A stretch of 64,000 nucleotides of DNA from Octopus sinensis (GCF_006345805.1 NC_042999.1:61070001-61134000); one strand, 5' to 3'. Shown: positions 11,901-25,900, numbered from the stretch's first letter. Numbers and translations: made by a program. The notes: a model not told the origin generated them from the letters alone.

Positions 11901-12719
11901 ACAACCAATAATTAACGCAACCAAACGTCTACATGTTACTTTTGACAATCTTTTTGCAAAGAGTGAAACCGGTAAAGTAAATAAACATCTTTTAAATTGC
12001 ATTTTCAAACCTTTTTTCGTATATAATTCCACTCGTGCGGTACCCCACAACTCCACTTTGTTATATATATATATATATATATAGATATATATATGCATGC
12101 ACATATTCATATATGCATGTATATATCTATGTATGTATGTTTGTATGCATATATGATTAATTTCAATAAAGGTACATGTTACCTATGCGTACAACTAAAC
12201 TCCATTTCATTTTTATTCCTCAGATCTCTTATAGAAAACGATTGATATACAATTGAACCAGTTACATACTTATCTAGTGATTTTACTTTAATCCAATGCA
12301 TAGGATGTGAGAGAGCGTCTGATAGTAATTTATAGGTACTTATCAAAAATTCAATGTCGAATACACAAACTTGCTTATCTCTGTTTACTTTTTTGCATCA
12401 CAGATTAATTAAGGAGAAAAATTAAGCGCTATATATTTATTATATGCACACATGAACGTGTCTCTATATAATTTATTCACATAAGCACTGATTTAATTCA
12501 CTTACAGTTCTATGCGTTGGTATGTGGTCTAGTGTATGTGTGTGCTCGTGTACGTGTAGTCATACACGTACATATATTATTGACGTCATAAGAATTATAC
12601 ATACATATACATATATATATACACACACACTCACATATATATATATATATATATGTATACACACACACAAACATATACATATATATATATGTGTATTATA
12701 TATATATATATATATATAG

Positions 12720-12756
<37 letters not shown>

Positions 12757-12789
12757 ATATATATATATGTATATGCGTGAGTGTGTGTC

Positions 12790-13050
12790 CCGTGTGTCTA
12801 GCTGCGAGGCTTAGTAGTTAGTGTATTAGGCTCAAGATCATAAGGTCAAACGTTCGATTCCGGCTGGTGTTTGAGCAAGAGACCTTATTTCACGTTCCGC
12901 CTGTCCGATTAGCTGTCAAAAATTAGTTCAGTCTTGACACATTTGACGCATCTCACTGATTCTGCATGTTAACTGAACGCGTGTCTGTAAAGTATTCAGC
13001 CACTTGCAAGTATATTGCTCGAATCAACTGGAACATTCATCGCGGTAACC
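12790..13050 (+). mobile_element. Old SINE family E copy (tRNA head + gagcaagacac-type core)
   Basis: ggcttagtagttagtg...gttcgattccgg...tttgagcaagagaccttatttcacgtt matches the reverse complement of 52025-52378. Confidence 0.6.
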
Positions 13051-13081
13051 GAGAGAAGAAGCAGCTGGTATATTAATATAT

Positions 13082-13516
13082 GTTTCTTTATTACCCACAC
13101 GGGGCTAAACATAGAGGGGACAAACAAGGACAGACAAACAGATTACGTCGATTACATCGATCCTACTGCGTAACTGGTACTTAATTTATCGACCCCGAAA
13201 GGATAAAAGGCAAAGTCGACCTCGGCGGAATTTGAACTCAGAACGTAGCGACGGGCGAAATACCTATCTCTTCACTACCCACAAGGGGCTAAACACTGAG
13301 AGGACAAACAAGGATAGACAAACGGATTAAGTCGATTACATCGACTCCAGTGCGTAGGATGAAAGCCAAAGTCGACCTTGGCGGAATTTAATCGACCCCG
13401 AAAGGATGAAAGGTAAAGTCGACCGCGGAGGAATTTGATCACAGAACGTAACGGCAGACGAAATACGGCTACGCATTTCGCCCGGCATGCTAACGTTTCT
13501 GCTAGCTCGCCGCCTT
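13082..13516 (-). mobile_element. SINE family B head-to-tail dimer with target-site duplication
   Basis: Two core units joined at 13264/13265; ctggtatattaatata occurs on both sides (~13064 and ~13531). Confidence 0.85.
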
Positions 13517-13547
13517 ATATTAATATACCGCCTGGTATATTAATATA

Positions 13548-13725
13548 GGCATATATATGGCTGTGTGGTCGTAAGATCGTTTCCCAATCACATGGTTCCG
13601 TGTTTGCATCCACTGTGACGTACCTGGGACATGTCTCCGCTACTATAGCTACAAGCAGAAAAAAAGCCTTGTGGAAGGACGGAAACTCCTACAAGATCAT
13701 GTTTTTTACATGCGTATGTGTGTTT

Positions 13726-13765
<40 letters not shown>

Positions 13766-13944
13766 CTTTGCCCTTCACCACCGATTGACAAACGGTGTTG
13801 TCATGATTAAAAAAAAAGCGACTGATTGAATAAGTTCCAGTTTTTAATATAACTCCTTTCTTTGATTCGTTCAAACTAAAATTCATTTAGGCGGTTCACC
13901 AGCATGTCTGAATTCTCATGGCTGAAACAAATGAAAGAATAAAA
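13548..13944 (+). mobile_element. SINE family C (diverged) with internal (TG)n
   Basis: Head ggctgtgtggt...catggttccg, internal microsatellite, tail ctgaaacaaatgaaag. Confidence 0.75.
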
Positions 13945-14026
13945 TTATATATATACATACATACATACGTATATGTATATATATATATATAATATATATA
14001 TATATATACACACATACATACGTACA

Positions 14027-14072
<46 letters not shown>

Positions 14073-14118
14073 TTACCCACTACACACATTGTTTTCTCTC
14101 CTTGTTTTTTCTGTGTCC

Positions 14119-14154
14119 CTTTCTGTAGAAGAGCGTAGGCTCGAAACGTAAAAG
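14119..14154 (+). ncRNA. Minimal PLE-type hammerhead motif (CUGUAGA variant)
   Basis: cttt-CTGTAGA-A-GAGC-gtag-GCTC-GAAA-CGTA-aaag. Same architecture as 61254-61288. Confidence 0.6.
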
Positions 14155-14789
14155 ACTTCTTCTATTCCTGAGCGTTATACTAATACATCTATTGGTTTTG
14201 TACACCACCTGTCTTCGTCTTTTGTTTTTTATTTCCTAAACTCTCCCTATACATACATATATCTATTCATAAAGTTGTAAACAAACCCAAACGCTGTAAA
14301 TTACGGAGTAGAACGACACGCATCGGTCCTTTTTAATGATAACTATAATTATATATTATTTAATATTATATGATGTTCCGTTTAAAGCGACTAAACCTAA
14401 ACAATTGACCGAAAAAAAGATGGGCCTATCCACTGGGAACTGAACGCGACAACAATGCTCATATGGTTCCTTACGCAGCCAATTCTGCCACATAGACTAC
14501 CCCTGAATTTCAGCCTTCAGGTTGTTTAGAAATTTATAAATATATATATACTAGACTAAAATTATCTATACATAAAAAAATGGCTGAAATTGATGGGTGG
14601 GATATGTGGCTGAATTGGGTGTGTATGGTGCCGTGTAAGCATTGATGTCGTGTTCCTTTCCCAGTGATTTGGCCAACCTTTTTTCAGTAAATTCTTTAGG
14701 TTTAGTCACATTAAATGGATCACATATCATTAAATATATATAATTATAGTTATTATACATATATATATATATATATATATCTGTAAAAT

Positions 14790-14967
14790 AATATGTGACA
14801 ATTATTCAGTAGCCAAGATAAAACTCTGAGTTTCGGATGTCGAGGTGGAAATCCACACCACCATCTCTTCGGTTATCTGGCCATCTTAAGAGATGATGGT
14901 GTGGATTTCCACCTCGGCATCCGAAACTCAGAGTTTTATCTTGGCTACTCAATAATTGTCACATATT
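14790..14967. repeat. Foldback palindrome with 80-bp arms and an 18-nt loop
   Basis: 14790-14869 versus the reverse complement of 14888-14967 match at 77 of 80 positions. Confidence 0.95.
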
Positions 14968-16002
14968 AATTTACACTTAAATTCCTCTATTTACATAATA
15001 TTGATGTCTCTTTCTTTCTTTTGTTATCTTACCGTTTTTACCAATATATATATATATATATAACAGAGAGAGAGAGAGAGAACAAGTAGTGAGGGATTAT
15101 AAATCCGGGCAAAATACTTCATAAGCTCTCTGTTGGGACACCAGCCTAACAATATTAGTTATGTTAGTGAAGAACTCCTAGAAATATTTTGATAGGGTTC
15201 CATGTTATGGTTCATCGCAATTTTATACTATAAATCCGTGGATGGACTCCTGCTAAACAGGTTTTCACAGGGTGATATACAAGAAACAAGTTGAAAATAA
15301 TGATCACCACAAATAATTCCTTTATTAGAGCAACGGATAGCATGAAATGACCATTATTTTTATCTTGTTTGTTATGTGTTTACTTTTGTGTGTGTGTGTG
15401 TGTGTGTGTATTTTTGTGTGTGTGTGTTTAAAAGTATTTGTAAAAATTATTTAATGCGGTTTGTCCAAGTATAAAAAGGCTTCTCTATATTATTTTACTT
15501 CTTAAAATAAGTTGTAAATTCTTTAACTGAACACAACTAACCATTGTGGGGGGAGAAGTGTGTTGCTACTGCGTGTGAGGGCATTCGAATAACTCTCCAA
15601 ACACATGTGTTTTTTGGGTAATGTATGTATGTCTGAATGTATAAAAGCTATTTATAGTAGATAATTGGGGAAACGAGCAAGCTAAATATGTATTTTGCTT
15701 GTCCTCAGTAGACTTCTTATCCGTCATTTTTCACTCCTTTTATAAATATCTTTTACTGATATTTTTGCTTCTTCGTCGTTACCCTGTATAACACGCTCCC
15801 TTTTATTTGACCTTCTTGTCAGCATTGAATAGAAACTAGCATTTGCAGAGAATTCTTCTGTCACATTAACAAAAAAAAAAGCATAATCCTTCTTGTTTTC
15901 AGTCGAATATGTGATAAGTGTAGCCGTATAATCAAACGTTTGCTTCACGATTGCATCTTTCAGGGTCCAGTACCATTGTGGAGCTAACTCAGCATGTCGC
16001 TT

Positions 16003-16075
16003 CCTAAAGTCTTAAGTCTACCAATACTTTATGAGTGGATTTGGTAGACGGAAGCTGAAAGAATACTGTCGAATA
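16003..16075 (+). mobile_element. SINE family C fragment
   Basis: gagtggatttggtagacggaagctgaaagaa is a family-C internal motif. Confidence 0.7.
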
Positions 16076-16093
16076 TATATATATATTATATAT

Positions 16094-16173
<80 letters not shown>

Positions 16174-16255
16174 ATTTCGGAATGGTCATTTTGCCAGTTT
16201 AGCCAATAAAATGTCTGTTTCAACACACGACTTCACATAAAAAATCGTGCACAAC

Positions 16256-16324
<69 letters not shown>

Positions 16325-18299
16325 CACTAATATGTTTGTAATGTGTAGTCGAAGAAACTTGACTTATTAAATTTTTCTCCGCACATATTTCAACATTGTG
16401 TACATTGACTTAAACTTTATCACTATCAAATGATATTTATCGCGTCCAACTGGGAAATTGTTTTCCTGTCAGACAAGAATGTTTAAAACTCATAATCGTA
16501 ACTTTGACCAGTTTACTGATTGTGTATATAAGGAGTCTTTCCAATCTGCTTTGACATGAAGCAGTATACAGTACGTCTGTTAACCGAGTGGTGCCTAGAA
16601 TTCCGAGCTATTTCTACCGTTCAAAAAGTTTCCTAGTACCGGAAGCGTTATTATAATTCTAACCAAAACGAGATCAGTCAAAACAATGTAATGCTAGCGG
16701 CTTTTCCAAATTTCTACTCACTTCTCTTGATGGAGTGCGGAATGGAAGAGTTTGTGATGCAGCTCTTTTCGTCACCGCTCTGCCATCGACAAAATAGTGT
16801 AAGACTGAGTCTTTTCCACTGCTACTTCCATGAGTGTTACAGAAGACATATAGTTTCTAATCCTGCCAGTACATGAACATTGATTCCGAGTTCGGTTTGT
16901 CCAAATTGTCAAATTCGATCTTAAATATTTCCCATGCAAGCTGCAATTGCCGTGCACAAGCCATTTACCCTCGCAAAACAGTAGAATTAAGGAAATCGCC
17001 GAGCGGTTTTTCTGGACGATGTAAAATTGAATTTTTTTAAAATCTGGGTTACAAAATACGTTGCTTAATGTTGCAGTATTTTTTCATTAAAATATTTTTA
17101 TTGTTTCTTTTTTTACCATCTTCTTTTATTTCATTTCATTAGCTAATTTATTGTCGTCTCATTTACCGTCTTTTATTAGCATCAGTTCAGTTACCTGCTC
17201 TTTGCACTGCATTTAATTTTCCCCATCAATTATCATTAGGCATCTTTTATTTACTCCCTACGATTTTTTTGGCATTAGTGCCATTTCCTCTGTTCCACTA
17301 ACCGTTTGCTAATGGAATTTACAAGGGATCATTCTGCGTCGAAAAATGTATTAATAATGTAATAAAATAAATAAATAATGTAATAAATTAATTTTCAGCG
17401 GGAAGTTAGTATTCATGAAATTTTACGTCAATAGCTTGTCTTCATTTTACATATATTACATCTACTTATAATACGTTTATTAACTGCATTGTTATATTAC
17501 TCTATTAAGATTTTTTTCTTAAATTCAAAGTACGTATATTGACTCTGTGAAGTATTTTTACAAAATTGAACATTAATAATGCAAAATGCATCATAAAATT
17601 TCATAATGTGGCAAGAAAATTTAAATTTATTCTTTCTATTAATTTTACCGATTTGCAAAAGTATAAACATATGAATTTTAAACGTATCATTGATATTAAC
17701 ACAAAAAAGAACATGTAGAGTCGATAACTAAATCGAAACGAAAGTCGGAAAGTATCGTAATCCCCTATATGCACCCCAATTTGGGATTTATTTTTGGAGA
17801 GCAATGTTTGTACCTATTGTTGGCCAGGTTTTGTACTTTGTCACAAATGGTTTCTTTAGTTTTTAAACAATGATCTGAGAAAAAACATTAAGAGTAATTT
17901 GGATGAAGTTTCAAGTACGTTTCTGCTGCTGATGAATCTTACAAACTTAATTCCAATAAAACTAGATTCGATAAATAAGTGCATTTTAAGTAGGGGCTAA
18001 CCATAGCTAAGTTAGTGACCAATAAATGACGAGCTTCATTCATTAAAATCACGCATCATTAAGAAAGCAGAGAAGCATTTCTAAGGCAAGGACGAAGATG
18101 CTCTATACCCGCATAGCCATACAGCTAGCGAGAGAAACTGTAGTCCTATTTGTGAATGTGGTTGTAAAATTTCAATAGCATCGCGAAATCTTTGGTGATC
18201 GGATGTATAACATTAAAATTTGTTTATATTGACCATATTATTATTTATTATCTCTCTCTATCATTCAACTCTCCCCCCTCTATCTAAATATCTATCAAT

Positions 18300-18620
<321 letters not shown>

Positions 18621-19476
18621 GCGTACATAGATATGTGCATACATGTACACCTTCAAACACATACACCTGTGTGCATGCGTTTCGACTTTATTCTCGGTTA
18701 AAGTCGTACACATCATTTCCATTTGCATTCTGTTTTCTTTTCTTTTCTTTCTTTAAAATTCTGCCCATAAATCTCTATTCAGGAATAATTCTTCTATTTC
18801 TGTAATTCTTTATTAGAAACCTGCGATTGTTGTAAATTATTGCCTTATCTTCTGGACTATATTGCATCACTATTCCAATCTGGTGCACTTACCATTGTAC
18901 CTTAATCATTCTTTGCTTGCTTTTCTTCTTTCGTTTTTTTCTTTAATGGTCTTTTTTCCTCCATTTATGTCCCTGGCTTTCTTCTCTCTCCCTCTCTGAC
19001 TCTCTCTCTCTTTCTGTTTTTTGGCACTTGTTACATCGCATTCTTTGTTCAGTCTCTTATTTATCGTCGCCCTTTCTCTCTTAAATTTTCTTTTCCATTT
19101 ATTCTTGTTTTCATTCTCGTCGTTTTATTTTCAATCTTTTTCTATTTTGTTATTAGTATTCACTCTTTAAAGAGGTTTCAAATATATTTGAGTTACGAAC
19201 TACCTTTTATTTCTCCTTCACTGCTTTTCCTGTTATAAAGAAAGTAACTTTCTAGCTTCTACAAATTTTGGACTTCATTCCATTCCAAGGAGTTTTATAG
19301 CAATGTTATAGCTTTAGTTATATATTTCCATATTAGCTTCCCCTAGATTTAACTGCTACTTCGACCAATGTACCAAGTAGTATCGTTATATCATGCAACA
19401 CATAGTGGTCCTTTCCAAAAGTTGGTCATTGTGATTTCTATCTATCTAGCTTGCTAGCTGTCCATACATTTATCTG

Positions 19477-20748
19477 TCAGGTCATTAAGAATGAAATGTC
19501 CGATTTTCTTATGCACCAAATTTGATAGTCGTTTAACCCTAATGTTTTATATTGACAATTCTTTGTTTTACAACACTGAAGAGTTACATCATCACTTTTC
19601 GAAATGCAATGCATGGTGACTGATTATATTGTAAGGTATCTCTTGTAAATCAAGTTTTCTGAATCTATGGATAGATCAAAATTTCGTGTTGTTTATGAAT
19701 ATTAGTTCCGTCGTAGAACTAATGCATCACAGACAGCTCGAAACACCAGTTAGGTGTTTGGTAGAGATGTAGTGAATGAGAGCACTTTATGTCGATGGTT
19801 TAAGTTCCGGTTTGGTGACTTTACTCTTGACAATCAGCCCTTAGTAGACTTGAGATTAAGGTGGATAAGGATGAGCTGGAAACTGTAGCGTAAGCGGATA
19901 CACCTCAAACTACGCGTAATTTAATAGCAAGGTTTTATGTTTCGATTCCAGCTGTATTAGACCATCTGCAACAAATCGGTAACGTAAAGAAGCTGGACAA
20001 AGTAGTACCACATGAACTGAATGAGCATTAAATGAAACGTTGTCTTGAAACTTGCTGTTCTTTGCTCTCACAGTATAAAAGCGATTCGTTTTTGCATCAT
20101 GTGATGAAAGATGGATTCTTTTCAACATTAGCAAGCTTTCTGCACGGTAGTTGGATAGAGACAACGTGCCAAATTACAATCCAAAAAAGAATATTCACAA
20201 AACAAAAGTTAAGGGTGCCTTTTTGGTGGTCTAGCGGTGGTGTCATCCACTACAGCTTCATGTGACTTGGTAAGTTAATCACAGAAGATTTATACATCAA
20301 CAAATTGGATGAAATAATGAGTGAAGTTGCAATTAAACAACCGAGATTGATCGACACAGGCCAATTCTCTTGCAAGAAAATGCTCGCCTACATGTTGCAC
20401 AAAGAACGCTACTCAAGTTACAGGAACTGAATTTGGAAGTACTCTGTTATCCGCCATACTCACAAGATCTTGCACCAACTGAATATCACGTTTTCCAAGC
20501 ATTAGACAACTTTTTGCAACGAAAAAAGAATTCAAATCTGTAGAAGTTGCAAAAACAGCCTTTCGTGATTTCATCACCTCTTGCTCTCCAGAATTCTTCG
20601 CTGCCAGCATAAAAAAGACACCGATAAAATGGTCAAACTTATGGTGATAATTTAAATGGATTCTTTGATTAACTGCATTGCTTTTTGTTGAAGTAAAGTA
20701 AAATAAACTTTCAGTTCAAAATCAGACATTTCATTATTAATGGCCTAT
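19477..20748 (+). mobile_element. mariner (DD34D) transposon, full-length but decayed
   Basis: TIRs aggtcattaagaatgaaatgtccgatttt (~19479) and aaaatcagacatttcattattaatggcct (~20718). Motifs KLDKVVPHELNE, CDERWILF and PPYSQDLAPTEYHVF. Confidence 0.9.
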
Positions 20749-20836
20749 CTATCTAGCTCTCTCTCTCTCTATCACATTATCTCTCTCATTCTCTCTCTTT
20801 CTCTCTCCCCATCTCTCTCTCTCTTTCTTTCTCTGT

Positions 20837-20875
<39 letters not shown>

Positions 20876-20949
20876 ATATATAAACATACCCGCGTATGTA
20901 TGTATGTATGTATGTATGTATGTATGTATGTATGTATGTATGTATGTAT

Positions 20950-21185
20950 CTGTCGGGCAAATGGAAGAGAGTGTAATTCGGCAGGAGGACTTAAACAACA
21001 TGCAAAGGTACATGAAGCCCAGTTACAACTACAGCTGGCTATTACCGGTAAAGATTTTAGCTGCCAATTATGTACAAGACATTGTAGATATTTAGCTGGG
21101 CTAAAAAGTCACATTCGATCGCAGTACCAGTAACAGTGAAGCTTCGTGCAATGGCCATACTCGATAACGAGGGGGCAGCCATAAC
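20950..21185 (+). mobile_element. 3' end of an RTE-like LINE encoding two C2H2-like fingers
   Basis: CRANGRECNSAGGLKQHAKVH and CQLCTRHCRYLAGLKSHIR, followed by a short 3' end (ggccatactcgataacgaggggg). There is no TGEKP linker, and the 5' side abuts (TATG)n. Confidence 0.6.
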
Positions 21186-21639
21186 GAATGTGTGTATATA
21201 TGTATGAATCTATATATGTATGTATGCATGCAATGTAAAACATATCCACAGAAAGAAATGAAAGAAAAGCTTTCTATATAGTCAACAGAGCTGAATGCTG
21301 CTGGTACTATAATCTATCAGCACAGTGAGGTTATCTTAGGTTTCGAAATCCGTAGTTGTAGATATTTATTTAATGCCTCGATCCACATATTTCTTTCCCG
21401 AGCACCAAATAACATGGCGACGTTAACTCGAGATCACATGACCCAAAAGGACAGAATTGATCACGCCTCTTGATTCATTATATTCAGGTGAAAATATCTT
21501 ACTAAAATGTTGGTGGGTTGTAGTTGTTGTGTGATTGGAGGGTTGGTTAGTTTGTTCTGCGCTTGCTTTTATATGCCTCGTCAGTGGATCCATGCTCATT
21601 TTACCGCTGAATGTTAAATAAAATCGTCTAGGTTACCAC

Positions 21640-24230
21640 CTAGAATTAAAGATCTGGCCCCATTCCAAGCCGACTGATTAAATATGATCAGCAACATTAA
21701 ATTCCGAATGTACAGATCCAATTTCCTAACAAAACGTTTAAACGACTTGCTGAAAATAATATCCTCTAGAAATTTATTCGTATTTTCAGACAAAACTAAA
21801 ATTTAATATGAATTTAATGATACAACCAGCTTTTACATGATAGTACAACTAATAAATACCAGAAATCCAACGCTGATACCTATAAAGAAATTAATGATGG
21901 AGCTAAAAATATCGTCGACACTTTGAAGATAGATTATGAGTAATACTTATGTCTTGCTGAATGACGATAAACATGACTTTAACAACAGACTAGCATCTAG
22001 ATGAATAAGCCCAGCTAAAATAGAATTCGGATTAGTCAAAAGGAAGAATTTAAAAGACATACTCTTTTACTCTTTTAATTGTTTCAGTCATTTGAGTGCG
22101 GCCATGCTGGAGCACCGCCTTTAGTCGAGCAAATCGACCCCAGGACTTCTTCTTTGTAAGCCTAGTACTTATTCTATCGGTCTCTTTTGCCGAACCGCTA
22201 AGTTACGGGGACGTAAACACACCAGCATCGGTTGTCAAGCGATGTTGGGGGCACAAACACAGAAACACACACATATATACATATATAGATATATACGACG
22301 GGCTTCTTTCAGTTTCCGTCTACCAAATCCACTCACAAGGCCTTAGTCGGCCCGATGCTATAGTAGAAGATACTTGCCCAAGGTGCCACGCAGTGGGACT
22401 GAACCCGGAACCATGTAGTTCGTAAGTAAGCTACTTATCACACAACCACTTCTACGCCACGTATACGTACTAATGAAAACCCCAAACTATGGCTGTGGAA
22501 TAACACATCGTCTGCGTTCCCGAGAAAAATAAGGCCTGATTTACGCAATAAGTTGTAAATTATTTTTACTAGTCAATTACTAGACCCTTGTTAGATAAAT
22601 ATTTAGGCTTTGTCCATAGATTTTGCACATAGGTTTCACCCTTATTAGCAACCAAAACATCGACGCTATTAAATACGCGAGAAAAAATAAATCCTCCTAT
22701 TTAATAACAAGTCTATCTGAGATAAAAAAAAAAGACGTCAAACCGAAGGGACAGTTCTAATGCTTGAATGGGGTCATACGACAGCGCTGATGCGTGAGAC
22801 CTCGTTGGATTATTTATACCTTATATAATTAAGGACACCTTCTCTACTTAAACCATTGTTCTGCACATCGATGATGGTTTATCTCCATAATTGCAAATTC
22901 TGCAAAGCTGTAGCTGAAACTCTTGTCAACTTAGGACGAAGAATAACAGCAGATACTAAGCACACTAATTCTTATTTCATGTATGCTTTCCTAGTTTTAG
23001 CCATAGGTTATAAACCGTATCACAAACCCAATGAAAATGTATGATATTTTAACAGTGTCCTTAAGCTCACCCGTATTACTCAAAAACCTAGTCCTTAATA
23101 TTAGCTGCTGGATCTCCAGCTTATTTTCTTCTAAGGAAATATCTGATAAAGCAGCTCCTTAATATATAAATCACTTGAAAATAAGGGATTTAAACATAAA
23201 GTTAAATATATGTCTAACCGTAATCCACGAGACAAAAACATAAACAGAACTAGGAGAATTATCAAGTTCACATATCTTTTCTCCCTAAATATGAGGAGTA
23301 ATGCCATCAGGAACTTCTTAAACCTATTTGATTAGCATTTCCCACCGGCAACATAGATATAGTAAGATATTCAGTAAGCATTCGATGACAATCAGCGGTT
23401 CTTCTTGACCGTTCATGAGGTCGAACATCTCTCTAAAAAATCAAATCCGAAGAAAATTCTGAAAGATCCTGCAGAATAAAGGATGACTTCAAGCTACGGC
23501 AAAAACGTAAAGTGAAGTCTATAATGAATGAAGCCATCATTACGCCAGATAAAATCAAACAAACAGAGATCAGAGGAAAATATATGACTATGGTACAGGA
23601 CCGTTTTAAACAGCAGTGCCACACACATATCGTGACCTTTAAACCAGCTTTTGATAGAAATAAGTCGCATAGAACGTGGCTGTTCATCATGTGAGCCGCA
23701 TAAGACATGGCACATATGAGCTGACCAACATAACTAAAAATATTTGCTAGACGCGAGATCCAAAATGTCCTGTGGGCCGCATATTGCTCGTAACTGATGT
23801 ATTATCTCGACGTAAGTGTGTGGATGTTAAGATGTAGCTTTTTTATAGTTATATTTATCGTATTCTCCATGTTAGTTTCTCACATGGAAAAACTTCGATA
23901 ACGCCCAACAAGGCTGGAAAATTCCCGTATTTATTTTTCTTGTACACAGTATCTTGGACTACATTTTCTTGTGTGTGATTTGTATTCTGAAATATGTCTT
24001 TACCGAAGATGCCTCGTAGTTGTGCAGGTCGCAATTTTGGGATTCGTAGCACCTACAGTTAATAAATCCGATTATAATTAACAGGGTTATATATGAGTTA
24101 TATTCGGTGGGTTAATGGGGTTAATGGAATATTGTCACTTTGAAAACTTTCCGCCTAAGACATTATATGCGTAAATTAAATCAATTTGTAAGAAGAGATA
24201 AATTAATCAGTATAATGTTCTCAAAATTCT
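21640..24230 (+). mobile_element. Decayed Penelope-like retroelement (RT + GIY-YIG region), interrupted by a SINE
   Basis: Frame-broken motifs NIKFR, DDKHDFNNRLASR*ISPAK (cf. KDHKENF...RLINPAK), MGSYDSADA*DLVGL (cf. MGSFDGAEICELVGL), IDDGL, YKPYHKPN and KCPVG...DVI. Confidence 0.85.
22062..22458 (-). mobile_element. SINE family C, full length, inserted into the PLE
   Basis: Complete head (gtggttgtgtgataag...ggttccgggttcagtccc), core and tail. Confidence 0.9.
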
Positions 24231-24339
24231 AGGAGCCAAACGTGTTGCTAGCGATGTTGTTTTCGTTGTTATTCTGCATAAGACACTAGTTGGTATAATG
24301 AATGCTATCTACATGTTTATTGTTCCAGATACACTGCTA

Positions 24340-24735
24340 AGACAGCGAGCTGGCAAAGTCGTTCCGCAGGCCGCACAAAATGCTATATGGAATTTCGTCC
24401 ATCTTTATGCTTTGAGATCAATGCACACCGAGGTCGACTTCACCGTTTATCCCCTCGGGGTCGATAAATTTAAATAACATTTGAGCATTGGGGCCGATGT
24501 ATACCTCTCCGTCAAAACTTCAGTCATTGTGCCTCTAGTAGAAAGGAATGTTACAGATATATCAAGGCGGTGAGATGACAGAATATTTAAAACACCGGAC
24601 TCAAACCTTAGTGGCGTTTTGTCCGTCTGTACGTTCTAAGTTCAAATCTAACCGGCGTTGACTTTATTTTTAACATTTTTGGAGTCAATAAAATAGGTAC
24701 CAATTAAGCACAAAGGTTAATGCAATCGACTTACT
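24340..24735 (+). mobile_element. Two old family-B SINE copies
   Basis: gcgagctggcaaag...gaggtcgacttcaccgtttatcccctcggggtcgataa and aaggcggtgagatgacag...gttcaaatc...ggagtcaataaaataggtacc. Confidence 0.65.
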
Positions 24736-25900
24736 CTCTTCCCTGGAATAACTGCCCGTAGTCAAAGTTTCAATACATTATTAGAGATGTATCATAAAAC
24801 TGTCTTGATGAGTAATTAGGGATCGTCATTATTGTGGACAGGGTGGGGGAAATTGTTCATCTTTCGGTCTGGGGATATATATATATATATATACACAAAA
24901 TTTCAAAAGCTAAATTAGAGGAGAGAAAAATGTACAGTGATGGCTATGTAATCGTGAATTAAAATATGTATAGAGACTAAAGTTGGCCATGCGTGAATAT
25001 TTAGAACCATGAAACTAACGGTTAAAAAATATGGACGCTCAAACTGTGAAAGATGCCCCAACCTACTTGAAGGCTCGGATTTCCTTTTCATACAAGGAGA
25101 GAGGTTCAAATTTAAAACCAACTTCTCTTGTGACTCTGAGAATTTAATTTATGTAATAACCGGGTCGGGGTGGGCATAACTATATACGGAAAACCACTCT
25201 ATATAGAGCGATTGTTCGTTGCGATAGGGCATTTGAAATACCTACTGTAGGTATTAAAACAAGCATAATGGCGAAAGGCGCGTTGGAACAACTACATTAA
25301 CCTGTGTTTATCCTTATTTTTTCTTGCATTTGCTCTGTAGTTCGTAATTCGGTACTTAACTACACAGTAATAATAGAATTAAAATTTCTTTGATTAAAAC
25401 CCTTTCTAACATGCCTCCGAAATGATTCTGTAAACTACGAAACAAATGGTAGTCTGAAGGAACAAGGTGTGGAGAATAAGCTAAAATGTCTACTTCTGAA
25501 TTTTGCAAACCCTCTTCTGCAAGTTCTTTCATTCAAACATTCTTTCCCATAAACTGAGTGTATGTTTCGAGTCGCTTCGGCTACAGTGTTTCCTTTTTTT
25601 TGTACTGATAAAACATTATGTGACTCAAATGCTCTTTGGATACTTCCATGTTAGAAAGGGTTTTAATCAAAGAAATTTTAATTCTATTATTCTGTAAATT
25701 AATATTTAATTAGTTTAAATGTATGCAAATGCATAAAAATCATTTTTAATTCCATTAGACATTCTAAAATACTATTAAATTTCATTCAATTTGAAAGAAA
25801 GGTAAAATCGGATAGAACGTAGGCATATATACGCATACATACGTGTATATATGCCTATATATATATAATCCAATCTGCTTTCTGTGTAGTTAAGTATATA

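Noticed and set aside
14884-14936. Hammerhead-like CTTAAGA-GATG...CATC-CGAAAC-TCAGA-GTT in the palindrome's right arm
   Set aside because: The core lacks the G of CUGA, stem II register is off by one, and no stem I is evident.
15724-15995. Minus-strand frame RKRHAELAPQWYWTLKD...KRSEK after ctttag
   Set aside because: No recognisable domain, it abuts a SINE fragment, and its length is compatible with chance.
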